This document shows, in pieces, positions 1-9,942 of a DNA stretch of 64,000 bases. Below the pieces are notes generated by a model. That model was not told where the DNA came from and searched no databases. It worked only from the letters and a program-made list of their open reading frames with translations. This DNA is from an uncultured Trueperaceae bacterium (GTDB lineage Bacteria; Deinococcota; Deinococci; Deinococcales; Trueperaceae): assembly GCA_963799485.1 (NCBI GenBank), contig CAWCXJ010000006.1, positions 160,001-224,000 on the forward strand, read 5' to 3'. The translations under genes were made by a program, and so were the position numbers. The number at the start of each line of letters is the position of its first letter. Position 1 is the stretch's first letter.

Positions 1-2
1 CA

Positions 3-410
3 GACATCGCGCCGACGTTAACCGACCTAGCAGACGCGCCGACGCCTGAGTTTGTAGACGGTCGTTCGCTCGCACCTTGGCTCAGCAAGGGTGCGAGCGT
101 ACCCGAAGGGCGGCAACAGGTCTTGCACGAGTTTTGGCCGAAGGAAGGGTTTCCGCCCGGTTCGCCACGGCCTCTACCTATTCCCGCTTATCAGGCCCTT
201 AGGTCGTCGGAGTACCTTTACGTCAACTACAGCTACCCAGACGGTCGCCAAGAAGAGGAACTTTACGATTTGAAGCGCGACCCGTTTGAGCTGAACAACA
301 TCGCTTCGACGGCCGACGGTGCGCTCCTATCGGCACTTTCAGCAAAGCTGAACGCCCTACAAACTTGTAAAGAAGCAACTTGTCGTGCAGTTGAGGACAG
401 CCCTTTATAA
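3..410 (+). CDS. Sulfatase family protein, C-terminal part (runs off window start)
   Basis: Open frame from window edge: DIAPTLTDLADAPTPEFVDGRSLAP...ELYDLKRDPFELNNIA, typical sulfatase C-terminal motifs. Confidence 0.85.
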   Translation, partial: DIAPTLTDLADAPTPEFVDGRSLAPWLSKGASVPEGRQQVLHEFWPKEGFPPGSPRPLPIPAYQALRSSEYLYVNYSYPDGRQEEELYDLKRDPFELNNIASTADGALLSALSAKLNALQTCKEATCRAVEDSPL

Positions 411-511
411 AAGCTAGGCTTAAAGCAAATAATCTGCCTCCAAAAAACGAGTCCAGGCTAAGTAAGAGAAAATGACCGAATTTTGCTTCGCGGGTCTTCA
501 AGCCATTAGAC

Positions 512-544
512 AAAAAGCGAGAGGAGGGCTCTTACCCTCCTCTC
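512..544 (-). terminator. Intrinsic terminator downstream of the AT-rich lipoprotein gene
   Basis: Perfect 10-bp stem GAGAGGAGGG/CCCTCCTCTC (519-544) followed by a T-run on the minus strand. Confidence 0.7.
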
Positions 545-566
545 TGTTAAGTTAAGCGTGACTCCC

Positions 567-1034
567 CTAAGGGCAATTGATATTCTTCACTACAGGATTG
601 GGAGTTGATATTATATTGGGGTTAGGAGCGCCTCTTGGCCACTCAATATATGCTGTTGCCTGGTATATCCCGCCGTCACGGTTAGTTGAGCAGCTGACTG
701 AAGGATACAGTGGCCCAAAACCTACTCTTTTTGGAGCTGAACTATCCGGCAACTCCTTCCAATTGCCTACTAGCTGCTTAACAATGACGAAGTTACCAGT
801 GTTAGGATCTTTCTTCCAAAGTCTTGCGGTTAAGCGAGCGCTGTCTCGCCCGTTGAAATGGTCTATGAAGCAATCAGCAGAGCTACCCCCAACGACGCTA
901 CCTTGTTGCGTCCATACATTATGGGCGAAGTTACACTCAGAAACTTCTTGCACATCTAGACTTGATCGCAAAGTGCTACTGCACCCTACAAGCACGAGTA
1001 AACCTGCTATGCCAGCAAAGAACTTGCTCCTCAT
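567..1034 (-). CDS. Hypothetical lipoprotein (AT-rich insert)
   Basis: Signal peptide with lipobox MRSKFFAGIAGLLVLVG-C; several further Cys; GC visibly lower than flanks. Confidence 0.7.
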   Translation of the reverse strand: MRSKFFAGIAGLLVLVGCSSTLRSSLDVQEVSECNFAHNVWTQQGSVVGGSSADCFIDHFNGRDSARLTARLWKKDPNTGNFVIVKQLVGNWKELPDSSAPKRVGFGPLYPSVSCSTNRDGGIYQATAYIEWPRGAPNPNIISTPNPVVKNINCP

Positions 1035-1116
1035 ATCGCCCTTCGCCTAAACTTTGAATTGCTACAGGCTGTAACTCTATTAATATAAATTATCAACCTC
1101 ATTTTGTCAATCGCCA

Positions 1117-1647
1117 TGTGAACTGCTCGAGCTACCCAAACCCGCGTGGCTTCAGGGTACCTCGTTGATGCCGCTCGTCCGGGGTGAGGTCGCTGAAATC
1201 AACGAGGCGGTTTTTGCCGAACACGAAGCGCACGCCGTTCCCGAGCCGCAAGCCTCGGTCAGAACGAAAAAGTACAAATACATCCGGCGGCTCGACGGCT
1301 ACGACCGGCCTCGGCCTGCCAACACCGACGAGACGTATACCAAAGCGTTATGGCTTAGGGAAGGGTGGGACGGGCATCTCGTCGTTCCTGAACAGCTCTA
1401 TGATTTAGAAACCGACCCACAAGAGCTGCGTAACCTTGCAACCGACCCCGACTATCAGAGCGTACTAACCGAGCTGCGTGGCCTGATGATTGCGCGGATG
1501 AACCGGTACAAAAACCCGCTGCTGCGTCAATACAACGTCGCCGACGCCCCACCTGCAAGGCGAACGCAGGCGGTCTCGCCGCAACTAGACCCGCAAAATC
1601 TAGACCTGCGCGACGACCCGGAAATCGGTGTCGTCTATACCGACTAG
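1117..1647 (+). pseudogene. N-terminally truncated sulfatase
   Basis: CELLELPKPAWLQGTSLMPLVRG...SVRTKKYKYIR...EQLYDLETDPQELRNLA is a sulfatase C-terminus; no catalytic CxPxR N-terminal region; AT-rich DNA directly upstream. Confidence 0.7.
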
Positions 1648-1653
1648 TTCGCC

Positions 1654-2307
1654 CTAGACGACTCCGTGGGCCCGCGCCACAACCGCGTAAAGTGGGTCAC
1701 CTTGTCCAAACCACTCGAGACCGGCGAAACTACGTTTGGGGCTCCGGTCGAGCAGTTCGGGCGCGTCCCAGTTTCCGGCGAGATTCAAGTAGTGCGCGAC
1801 CAGCTCGAGCCTGCCCCTGTCGTCCAAGCGGTGCCAGACAGCCACAGCCTTGCCGGGAAAACAGCGGTTTGAAAAACTGATGACGACCGGCGCACCCGGC
1901 TTGAGCACCCGCCCGAGGTCGCGCAAGACGGCGACCGGACGGGTCAGATAGTCAACCGACACGGCAATGCCCGCGCCGCCGAATTCAGCGTCGGTAAAGG
2001 GCAGTTTGGGGTTCGTATTGAGGTTTTGCACGACGAACGAGTTGAGGCGGTCGTTTCTTTTCAGCTCCGCAGCGTTTAGACCCAGTCCTACGACGCGGCG
2101 GTACGGCACTTCCGGCGGTAGATGGCTCACCCACGAACTCATCAGGTCTAAAATCACACCACCTGGCGGCAGGTACTCCCGGTAAAGCTGAGTCACAGCG
2201 GCAATAGCGCCCGCGTCGATATGGGTGACGAACCGGGGTTGCCGGTAAAAGAGTTCGTCGGGCGTTTCGTCGGCGCGGCGAAAGGCGTCTTCGGGAAGGT
2301 CGGTCAC
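1654..2307 (-). CDS. SAM-dependent methyltransferase (type 11-like)
   Basis: FYRQPRFVTHID, ILDLMSSWVSHLP and FSNRCFP motifs. Confidence 0.85.
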   Translation of the reverse strand: MTDLPEDAFRRADETPDELFYRQPRFVTHIDAGAIAAVTQLYREYLPPGGVILDLMSSWVSHLPPEVPYRRVVGLGLNAAELKRNDRLNSFVVQNLNTNPKLPFTDAEFGGAGIAVSVDYLTRPVAVLRDLGRVLKPGAPVVISFSNRCFPGKAVAVWHRLDDRGRLELVAHYLNLAGNWDAPELLDRSPKRSFAGLEWFGQGDPLYAVVARAHGVV

Positions 2308-2379
2308 CGCGTCACCACACGTTCGGTTGCGCGTTCAGGCTTACCCCGGCTTCTCTCGCAGCGCTGCTTGGTCGCCAGT

Positions 2380-2763
2380 TCAAGGTGTGCCGTTTTGTCC
2401 TAATTTGGGCCGCTGACTGCGGACTTCGCGGCGAATTTTGGGCTCGAGCCCGATCATTAAAAAAAAGTTCTCCAAGGCGTTCTCTTGTCCTTTGATGTCG
2501 ATGTGTTCGCCTTCGTCCGTGCCGGTGACAAATGGCAGCTCTTTGTAGCACGCGAGTGCTTCGGTGACGACCGCGTTCGGGCTCTGGGTTTCGGCGATTT
2601 CGGTAAGGCGTGCGTAGATGCTGCGGCGCGCTTCGGCGTGGGCGCAAAAGGCTTCAGGATTGTCGGTCTCGGGCGCTCTTAAAACGTCCTGCTTGGCGAT
2701 GCGGCGGTAGTGCTTCAACCCTCTAAGAATCTCGTCCGAGCTTAAGACAACCCTTACATCCAT
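2380..2763 (-). CDS. Hypothetical protein
   Basis: 127-aa ORF with GGAG RBS and protein-like composition. Confidence 0.7.
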   Translation of the reverse strand: MDVRVVLSSDEILRGLKHYRRIAKQDVLRAPETDNPEAFCAHAEARRSIYARLTEIAETQSPNAVVTEALACYKELPFVTGTDEGEHIDIKGQENALENFFLMIGLEPKIRREVRSQRPKLGQNGTP

Positions 2764-2890
2764 CGGTCACTCCCTTTCACGCGTGTTTTGTCCTGTGCTG
2801 TGAAGTTTTTACGGTACTTGGGCGTCATCGTTGCTGATGATTATAGATAAACGGCTGAGAAGCTGTCAAAACCAGCTCATACCTGAGGGC

Positions 2891-3130
2891 TCAAGCCTCG
2901 AGCTTTTTGATCGGTATCGGCGGTGCGTCCGGGGTTTCTTTCGTGTGGCCCTCTTTGAGGTCGCCGCGAAAACGGGCGAGGTCGGCGATTTCCGGCGCTT
3001 CGGAAGTGTAGGCGCAGCGGCGACACTCGAGTTCGGAGAAGCCCTCGTTGTACAGGTACGTGACGGTATCGCTGCCCCCGCACTGCGGGCACGTTTCGCC
3101 TAGCTCTACGCCTTCAGCGTCAAAATCCAC
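2891..3130 (-). CDS. Small zinc-ribbon protein
   Basis: CPQC...CRRC pairs; GGAGG RBS upstream. Confidence 0.7.
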   Translation of the reverse strand: MDFDAEGVELGETCPQCGGSDTVTYLYNEGFSELECRRCAYTSEAPEIADLARFRGDLKEGHTKETPDAPPIPIKKLEA

Positions 3131-3262
3131 AGATGACCTCCCTGTAAGTCTACGCTAGACAACCTACGCTAAGCCTAGTGTAGAACTATGCACGTACCGA
3201 AAAAGTGATTTATGCCTGTTCGGGCAAGGCTTGATCTGCTGCGCGTTCGTTACACTGAAGCG

Positions 3263-3736
3263 ATGAGCTTTACACACGCGCCGCCGGGGTACCGGAGTCC
3301 ATTTCTCGACGTAGTGGAAAGAAAACCTTCTACCACGCTAACCAAACAGAGCGACGTTTTCTACCGTGATGCTCAGCTGACGGCGTTTATCGCCGCAGCG
3401 CGTTATCAAACCGCCGGGGGCAACGCGCTTATCGTCCCCAATACTCCCTACGAAAATCTCTATACCGTGCCCGATGAAGTGCTAGGCGCTATTCACGCGT
3501 TTTCCAAACGCCTCGCGCTGGCGTTCAAAGCGGTTTACGGTTGTGACGGCGTACTTTTACGGCAACACAACGAACCTGCCGGCAGTCAAGACGTCTGGCA
3601 CTACCACCTGCACGTCATCCCGCGCTTTACGGGGGACGGTTTTTATAAGGCGTTGCCGCAAAAAGTCTGGACGACGCCGGAGGAACGGGCACCCTACGCG
3701 GAGGTTTTACGGCGCTACCTCGTGGAGACGGCCTGA
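3263..3736 (+). CDS. HIT family hydrolase
   Basis: QHNEPAGSQDVWHYHLHVIPR histidine triad; TACACT -10 box 6 nt before ATG 3263. Confidence 0.85.
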   Translation: MSFTHAPPGYRSPFLDVVERKPSTTLTKQSDVFYRDAQLTAFIAAARYQTAGGNALIVPNTPYENLYTVPDEVLGAIHAFSKRLALAFKAVYGCDGVLLRQHNEPAGSQDVWHYHLHVIPRFTGDGFYKALPQKVWTTPEERAPYAEVLRRYLVETA

Positions 3737-5355
3737 GCTTCCTCTAAAAGTTCGCGGGCGTGGGCGAGGGCGGTTTTGGTCTTGGCGCCGGAGAGCATCC
3801 GGGCGAGTTCGGCCTCGCGCGCTGTCCCCTCGAGCCTCGTGACCCGCGTGACGGTGCGGCCTGCCTGCTCGCGTTTTTCGACCTTGAAGTGCGCGTCGGC
3901 AAAGGCGGCGACTTGCGGCAGGTGCGTTACGACCAAGACCTGATGGTGTTCGGCTAAACGTCTGAGAAGTCCGCCGACCGTGCGTGCGGTCTCCCCACCT
4001 AGTCCGGCGTCTACTTCGTCGAACACGAGCGTCGGTTGCTGCGACCCGGTAACGACGTTGAGAGCGAGCATCACCCGCGACAACTCACCGCCTGAGGCGA
4101 CGGCTGAAAGCGGTGCGGGCGGCTCGCCCAGGTTGGTACTTAAAAAAAACGTCACTTTGTCGCGGCCCGTGGCGGCAGGTTCGGGTAACGCCCCGAGTCG
4201 CACCTCGAACTGGGCGTGGGTCAGCCCGAGCGGGCGGAGTTCTTGCGTGACGGCTTCGGCAAGTTTAAGCGCGACTGTTTGCCGCGCCTGGGTCAGCAAG
4301 CCGGTCAGCTCAGTGAGTTCTGCGTTCAAACCGGCTTGTTCACCCTGCAAACGCTCCAAATCGACCTCGGCGTTTTGCAGCCGGTTCAGCTCGGCTTCGG
4401 CGTCGGTGTAAAACTTCAGGATTTCGGCGACCGAGCCGCCGTACTTGAGTTTGAGGGTCTCGAGCTGTACGAGGCGCTGCTCGAGTCGCCCCTGCTGTTG
4501 TGGGTCGCCGCCGAAGTCGGCTAAGAAACTCTCGACCTCGGCGCTCGTCGCCTGGACGCTTTCAAGCGCGCCGCGCAGTTCCGCCGCGAGCGCGGCGGGG
4601 GTTTCGTGATAGCGTCCGGCACCCTCGAGGCTCGTCACCGCCTCGGCTAAAAGCGCCAGCACGTTGGGTTCGCCCTCGCTAAGGCGCTCGAGCGCCCCGG
4701 CACTCCCCTGCAAGATACGTTCGGCGTGGCGGTGAGCTGCCAGCTCTGCGCGGAGCGTCTCCTCTTCGCCGGGTACGGGGTTCGCCGCCGCAATTTCAGC
4801 GACCTGAAACTGTAGCACGTCGAGCTGCCGCGCCCGTTCGCGCAGCGCACCCTGAAGCTCGTTCAGCTCTTTAGTCACCTGGGTCAAGCGGCGGTAACGC
4901 TCACCCACTTCGTGCAGCGTTTTCTGCGCTTGTTCGTCCAGCAAAGTGTCCAAAAGTCGCCGCTGTTCGCTGTTTGACAGCAGCGTTTGCGAGGCGTGCT
5001 GACCGTGAATCGCCAGCTGCGCCGCACCCGTTTCGGCGAGTTCGGCAATCGTCACGAGTTCGCCGCCCAAACGGGCGCTGCTCCGGCCCGACGCCTGCAC
5101 CCGCCGCGTTAGGATGTCAGCGGCGTCTTCGTCCAACCCGATTTCAACCCCGAAAAAGCCCTGTACGAGGGCGCTCTGCGCGCCGGAACGAACCACGCGC
5201 GCCTCGGCGCGGCCTCCGAGCAGGAGCGTAAGCGCGTCGACCACGATAGACTTGCCCGCGCCGGTCTCGCCGGTCAGGACGTTGAGGCCGGGGGCGAAGG
5301 TGACCTGGAGGGCGTCGATAATGGCAAAGTCAAGCAGCTCGAGCGCAACTAGCAC
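3715..5355 (-). CDS. recN: DNA repair protein RecN
   Basis: LTGETGAGKS Walker A, coiled coil, ASGGELSR, FDEVDAG, VTHLPQVA. Confidence 0.95.
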   Translation of the reverse strand: MLVALELLDFAIIDALQVTFAPGLNVLTGETGAGKSIVVDALTLLLGGRAEARVVRSGAQSALVQGFFGVEIGLDEDAADILTRRVQASGRSSARLGGELVTIAELAETGAAQLAIHGQHASQTLLSNSEQRRLLDTLLDEQAQKTLHEVGERYRRLTQVTKELNELQGALRERARQLDVLQFQVAEIAAANPVPGEEETLRAELAAHRHAERILQGSAGALERLSEGEPNVLALLAEAVTSLEGAGRYHETPAALAAELRGALESVQATSAEVESFLADFGGDPQQQGRLEQRLVQLETLKLKYGGSVAEILKFYTDAEAELNRLQNAEVDLERLQGEQAGLNAELTELTGLLTQARQTVALKLAEAVTQELRPLGLTHAQFEVRLGALPEPAATGRDKVTFFLSTNLGEPPAPLSAVASGGELSRVMLALNVVTGSQQPTLVFDEVDAGLGGETARTVGGLLRRLAEHHQVLVVTHLPQVAAFADAHFKVEKREQAGRTVTRVTRLEGTAREAELARMLSGAKTKTALAHARELLEEAQAVSTR

Positions 5356-5747
5356 GGGTTTAGTTTAGCAAGCTTGCAGGTGCAGACAAGTCATGGCTGG
5401 ACGCCACTGATTGCGTCCTGCTTCGATGTGTTAGGTACCCTTTGTAAAATCCTGTAGGCGCAGCCTTACGCTACCCAACGGCGAACGTCTGCACGAACAG
5501 ATAGCCGCTGAGTACGATGATTACGGTAACACCCCACGCCTTCGGCACGGAAACTCGGCAACTTCAAGCTTGACGTGGGGCAGGCAAGTTTTAGGCTTAC
5601 CTAAAACAAACATCGGGCTTACAAAAAATTTGTCAACCGCTCTGCCGACGTATCACGCCGAAGCGCGGGACGCGACCTGAAGACCGGTTCGGGGAGTTGA
5701 CAGAACCGCAGCAGGGCTCGAGTCAACCGTTTCACCCGCTTCTGATC

Positions 5748-6977
5748 CTAAAACGCCCACTCGCCGGCGTGCATCACCGGTTCTTCGGTACCGTCTTCAC
5801 GAACACCTACAATCTCCGTCTCGGCGGACCCGATCATAAAGTCGACGTGCGCGAGCGAATCGTTGAGGCCGACCGCCTGCGCCGCGTCGTCGCTCATGGT
5901 GGTGCCACCTTCGGCGCAAAAACGGTAGGCGCGGCCCAGCGCCAGGTGCGAGGCGGCGTTTTCGTCGAAGAGGGTGTTGTAAAAGAGCAGCCCGCTCTGC
6001 GAGATGGGGCTCGAGTGCGGCACCAGCGCCACTTCACCCAGACGGGTCGCACCTTCGTCGGTGGCGAGCAGGCGCTCCAAGGCGTCTTGACCCTGCGCCG
6101 CCCTGACTTCGGTGACGCGCCCGTCTTTGAAGGTCAGCGTAAAGTCTTCGATGAGTTGCCCGCTGTACGAAAGCGGTTTGCTGCTCGTGACGGTTCCCTC
6201 GACGCGCGCGCGGTGCGGCGCAGTAAAAACTTCTTCAGTCGGCAAGTTGGCGACAAAGGTCGTGCCGGCGTCGTTTTCCGACGCGCCGCCGCGCCAGATA
6301 TGCCCGTCGGCGAGACCCAAGCGCAGGTCGGTACCGGGGGCGCGGTAGTGCAGCGCGTGGTAGCGGCGCGAATTCAGGTGCGTGCGGCGCGCCTCGAGTT
6401 CTGCTAGATGCGCCCCCCAGTTCGCCACCGCGTCGTCGCTGTCGGCCCGAACCGCCGTAAAAATCGCGTCCCAGAGAAGCCCGACGCGCTTTTCTGCCGG
6501 TGCGTCCGGAAAGACCTTCTCGGCCCAGGCAGGGGTGGCGACCGCGACCACGCACCAGTTTACGGCGTCGTTCATGACCTTGTTCATAAACGGTTTGAGG
6601 GCCGTTTGCGCGGCCTTTTGCGACGCGGCGATAGCGTCGCCGTCTTGCCCTTTAAGCAGGTCGGGGTCGCTGCCCGTAACCGACAAGCGGGCACCGTTTG
6701 CGCCAAGCATCTCGAGCATCCCCTGTGCCAGCCACTCGGGGTAAAAGTCGAACGAATCCTTCGGCGCGTAGCGGTAACGCGCCAGGGTTACGGCGTCGTC
6801 GTTATAAAACGGGTGAATATAACGCACGCCGCGTTTGTAGGCAATTTCGGCAATCCGGGCGATAAGCGGCGACGCCGCTAGCGGCGCGGCGACCAGCAGC
6901 TGCTGTCCGGCCTGCACGTTGAGCCCGACTTCGGTGATAAGCGACGCGTAACTGTTGAGCTTGTCGTCAAAATTCAT
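5748..6977 (-). CDS. Aminopeptidase, M29 (AmpS/AmpT) family
   Basis: ANLPTEEVFTAP, LGEVALV, FYNTLFDENAASHLALG, HVDFMIG. Confidence 0.92.
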   Translation of the reverse strand: MNFDDKLNSYASLITEVGLNVQAGQQLLVAAPLAASPLIARIAEIAYKRGVRYIHPFYNDDAVTLARYRYAPKDSFDFYPEWLAQGMLEMLGANGARLSVTGSDPDLLKGQDGDAIAASQKAAQTALKPFMNKVMNDAVNWCVVAVATPAWAEKVFPDAPAEKRVGLLWDAIFTAVRADSDDAVANWGAHLAELEARRTHLNSRRYHALHYRAPGTDLRLGLADGHIWRGGASENDAGTTFVANLPTEEVFTAPHRARVEGTVTSSKPLSYSGQLIEDFTLTFKDGRVTEVRAAQGQDALERLLATDEGATRLGEVALVPHSSPISQSGLLFYNTLFDENAASHLALGRAYRFCAEGGTTMSDDAAQAVGLNDSLAHVDFMIGSAETEIVGVREDGTEEPVMHAGEWAF

Positions 6978-7471
6978 AGCTTCAGCTTAACGCGGGCAGT
7001 TCCATCCTTTCCGTGTTCTGGAGAGACAGGCGCAAGAAGTAGAACGAGGCCGGGAGACCAAAGGTAGAGCTGCTTAAATCCTCCCTCCCGAGTTTGTATT
7101 CTCGCGGCGTCTCACCGATAAACAGCCAAGCGGGCGAGTACAAACAGGCAAACGTGAGATACTTGATTACCTGATGAGGTTGCGCCGCGTTATAACAAGG
7201 GGTCTTGGCCTGCCTAACCTTACGCGCCCTGCTCGCGGCAAGACCTGCAAATAACGGTGGACGCCACGCGCAGCGTAAAACCGGTAGAACCCGGCGACCT
7301 GCCCGACGTCGGCCCAAACGTCACCGCTGCCCGGAGAGGACACGGATGGTTTATTTAGGTCAAGCGGTTTTTATCCGGATGGGTGCTCGCCACCCCCTGA
7401 CCGGGCACGGCACCCGGCAAGGTGCAGTTACGGCGAAGCTTGCGGTTTTACCGAAAAGGCCCGCTTAGCCC

Positions 7472-8413
7472 TTGCACCTGCCTGCTTTTATCCCCGACGG
7501 GTATACCCCCCTGCGCCTGCTCGGTTCGGGCAATACCGCGCACGTTTACGCGGCGCGTCACCCCGAGTTCGGCACAGTCGCGCTTAAACTTCCCAAAAGC
7601 GAGCTGCACGACGACCCGGTGCTCCGGCGGATGTTCGAAAACGAGGTGCAGCTGACCACGCCGCTCAAGCACCCCCGGGTGATCAACGCTTACGGCGGCT
7701 ACCCGACCGGCGCAGGGGCATTTTTGGCGCTCGAGTTTTGCGAGGGTACGCTCGACGAAAAGTTGGCGACGCGTCTACCCCTGCAACTCGCGTATCGGCT
7801 GATTCTAGACGTCGCGCAGGGGTTGTCGCACAGCCACCAGCGGCAGATTTTGCACCGCGACGTCAAACCCGCCAACGTTTTCTTGCAAGCAGGTCGCGCC
7901 AAACTCGGCGACTTCGGGACGGGCGCATATATCAGCGACGCCTTCGGCGCACCTGAAAGTGCAGAAAAGGTCGGCACCGCCTTCTATATGGCTCCGGAAG
8001 TGTTTCAGGGCAAGAGCGCCACGGTTCGGAGCGACGTGTACAGTCTCGGCATTTTGGCTTACGAGGTTATCGCCGGGGTGCGCCCCTTTACCGGCGAAGA
8101 CGAGGACGAGCTGATGCTCGCGCACTCGTCGGGCGTGCCGGTCGCCCTGCGGCAAATCCGGGGTGAGGTGAGCCTCGAGCTCAACCGGGTCGTCGCGACC
8201 GCCATGTCGCGCACGCCGCAAAAACGTTTTGAAAGCGCCGAAGCCTTTGTCGCCGCGTTTGCCGAGGCTACCGGGCTACCGGCGAGCGACGCCGTAACCG
8301 AGCTGCAGCTCGGGCGTGCGGGGCGTGTGGGCTTTAAGCATAAACGTGAAGCCGAAGCGCCGAGCGGCGAAAAACCTGGACGGCTCGGCTGGTTCGGACG
8401 TAGAAGAAGCTGA
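7472..8413 (+). CDS. Ser/Thr protein kinase (Hanks type)
   Basis: LGSG, VALK, HRDVKPANV, DFG, YMAPE, SDVYSLG. Confidence 0.92.
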   Translation: MHLPAFIPDGYTPLRLLGSGNTAHVYAARHPEFGTVALKLPKSELHDDPVLRRMFENEVQLTTPLKHPRVINAYGGYPTGAGAFLALEFCEGTLDEKLATRLPLQLAYRLILDVAQGLSHSHQRQILHRDVKPANVFLQAGRAKLGDFGTGAYISDAFGAPESAEKVGTAFYMAPEVFQGKSATVRSDVYSLGILAYEVIAGVRPFTGEDEDELMLAHSSGVPVALRQIRGEVSLELNRVVATAMSRTPQKRFESAEAFVAAFAEATGLPASDAVTELQLGRAGRVGFKHKREAEAPSGEKPGRLGWFGRRRS

Positions 8414-8490
8414 GCAAATGCTAGGCACGGTACACCGTAAAAGCTTTTTCATTCATAACACGTTTTTTTGCGCTGTCCAGGCGAACCGGG

Positions 8491-8545
8491 GTAGACAAAC
8501 AGGTGCAGACAAACAGGTGTAGACAAACATGTGTAGACAAACAGG
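8491..8545. repeat. 14-bp tandem repeat, about 4 copies (GTAGACAAACAGGT)
   Basis: Units start at 8491, 8505, 8519 and 8533. Confidence 0.9.
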
Positions 8546-8878
8546 CGCCGAGAACCGGGACGCGTAGCTAAAACCGGTCCGAATAGCAGCTATAACCCGT
8601 ATGCCGGACCGCAGCTGTCACGGTTCAGTAGTGACGCGCAGATGAGCTGATATAAGCTGCAACGTAAAAAAGTTTACTTGAAACCGAACTTAAGCTGAAC
8701 TTAAGCCCACGGGTACTTAATCAGTCAGGGCATTTCTCCCTACCAAACCGGGTCGGAATGTGCTCTATAATAACAGTGTGTAATGTGTGTCAAACACGTT
8801 GTGCACCCCGACTACGTCCCGCGGCCCTTATAGTGTCCTTACAAACGACATTTAAGCTGTACCAGAGAGGAGGGTGCG

Positions 8879-9793
8879 GTGAGTCAATTTCAAAATCGTG
8901 CTAGACGAGATGCTGAAAAAGCTCGTAGCAAAGCCTTTTGGCACAAAGTCACGCACAACCTCCGGGGGATACCGAACGAACTTCTACCTTTTAGTGTGGT
9001 TAAAGACCTGCATCCGGAAAGCGAGAACTACGGCGGCGTCAAACCGATTCCCATTGGGCAGATCGTCGGCTCGGTCGACCGCTACCGCGACTTCGACCAC
9101 TACTTCTTGCCGCGCGTCGGTCACACCATCGAACGCTGGGCCGGAATTCGGCAAGCGGGACTCGAGGGCAAAGAGCTGCCGCCGATCAGCGTCTACAAGG
9201 TCGGCGACGTTTACTTCGTCAAAGACGGACATCACCGGGTTTCGGTCGCCCGTAACGCCGGGCAATACTTTATCGACGCCGAAATCATTGAGCTGAGCGT
9301 GACCGTTCCGCCCAACTCGACCGATACCTTAAAAGAGATCATCATCAAGGGTGAGTACGCCGACTTTCTGGAAAAAACGCAGCTCAACAAGGTGCGCCCC
9401 GGTCACTACGCGGTTCTCTTTACCGTTACGGGCCGTTATGACGTGCTGCTCGACCATATCAGAACTCGGCAGTACTATCTGGGGCTCAAGTATCAGCGTG
9501 AGGTCTCGTGGGAGGAGGCCGTAGGTTCGTGGTACGACCGCTTCTACAAACGCGTCGTCGACGAAATCCGTGAACACGGCGTGTTGCGCCGTTTTCCCGG
9601 ACGCAACGAAGCCGACCTCTACTTGTGGATCATGGATCACCGCTACTACCTCAAACAGCAGTACGGTCGCGACGTCGGTTCGGAAGAAGCCGCGACGGAC
9701 TTTTCACAGCGCTACGCCGGGTCTTCGCCGCAGCGGGCGTGGCAGCGGGCGCTCTTTCGCTGGCGCGGCGGCAGATTGTCGAATTCAAAATAG
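8879..9793 (+). CDS. ParB-like N-terminal domain / DUF4032-type protein
   Basis: IVGSVDRYRDFD, LPPISVYKVGDVYFVKDGHHRVSVA, EADLYLWIMDHRYYL; GGAGG RBS. Confidence 0.8.
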   Translation: MSQFQNRARRDAEKARSKAFWHKVTHNLRGIPNELLPFSVVKDLHPESENYGGVKPIPIGQIVGSVDRYRDFDHYFLPRVGHTIERWAGIRQAGLEGKELPPISVYKVGDVYFVKDGHHRVSVARNAGQYFIDAEIIELSVTVPPNSTDTLKEIIIKGEYADFLEKTQLNKVRPGHYAVLFTVTGRYDVLLDHIRTRQYYLGLKYQREVSWEEAVGSWYDRFYKRVVDEIREHGVLRRFPGRNEADLYLWIMDHRYYLKQQYGRDVGSEEAATDFSQRYAGSSPQRAWQRALFRWRGGRLSNSK

Positions 9794-9942
9794 CTGTTTT
9801 TGAGCCCGGCTGGTTTTTTAGGTTTATCGCAGTGAAACGGACGTGTAACCAAAACACCCCTTAACCCTCAGTCGAACAGTCAAAGAGACAAGTCGTGTTT
9901 CGCGCGACGCCTGCTCCCCTTGGCGCTGTGCTATGACAGCGT

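Noticed and set aside
577..1050. 157-aa plus-strand ORF
   Set aside because: Antisense shadow of the lipoprotein gene, which has the lipobox and terminator.
5360..5745. Possible gene remnant (LTLPNGERLHEQIAAEYDDYG) between recN and the aminopeptidase
   Set aside because: No start, no recognisable family and an interrupted frame; cannot be supported without a search.
7171..7200. Hammerhead ribozyme core (CTGATGAG)
   Set aside because: No following stem II plus GAAA in the required arrangement.
7372..7432. SAM-I riboswitch (TTATCC...CCCGGCAA...GGTGC)
   Set aside because: Lacks the AGAG/GAGGGA kink-turn elements and a P1 partner; the downstream gene is a kinase.
8491..8545. CRISPR array (also considered for 15866-15956 and 21734-21786)
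   Set aside because: Units are 13-14 bp and directly adjacent with no spacers; there are no cas genes in the window.
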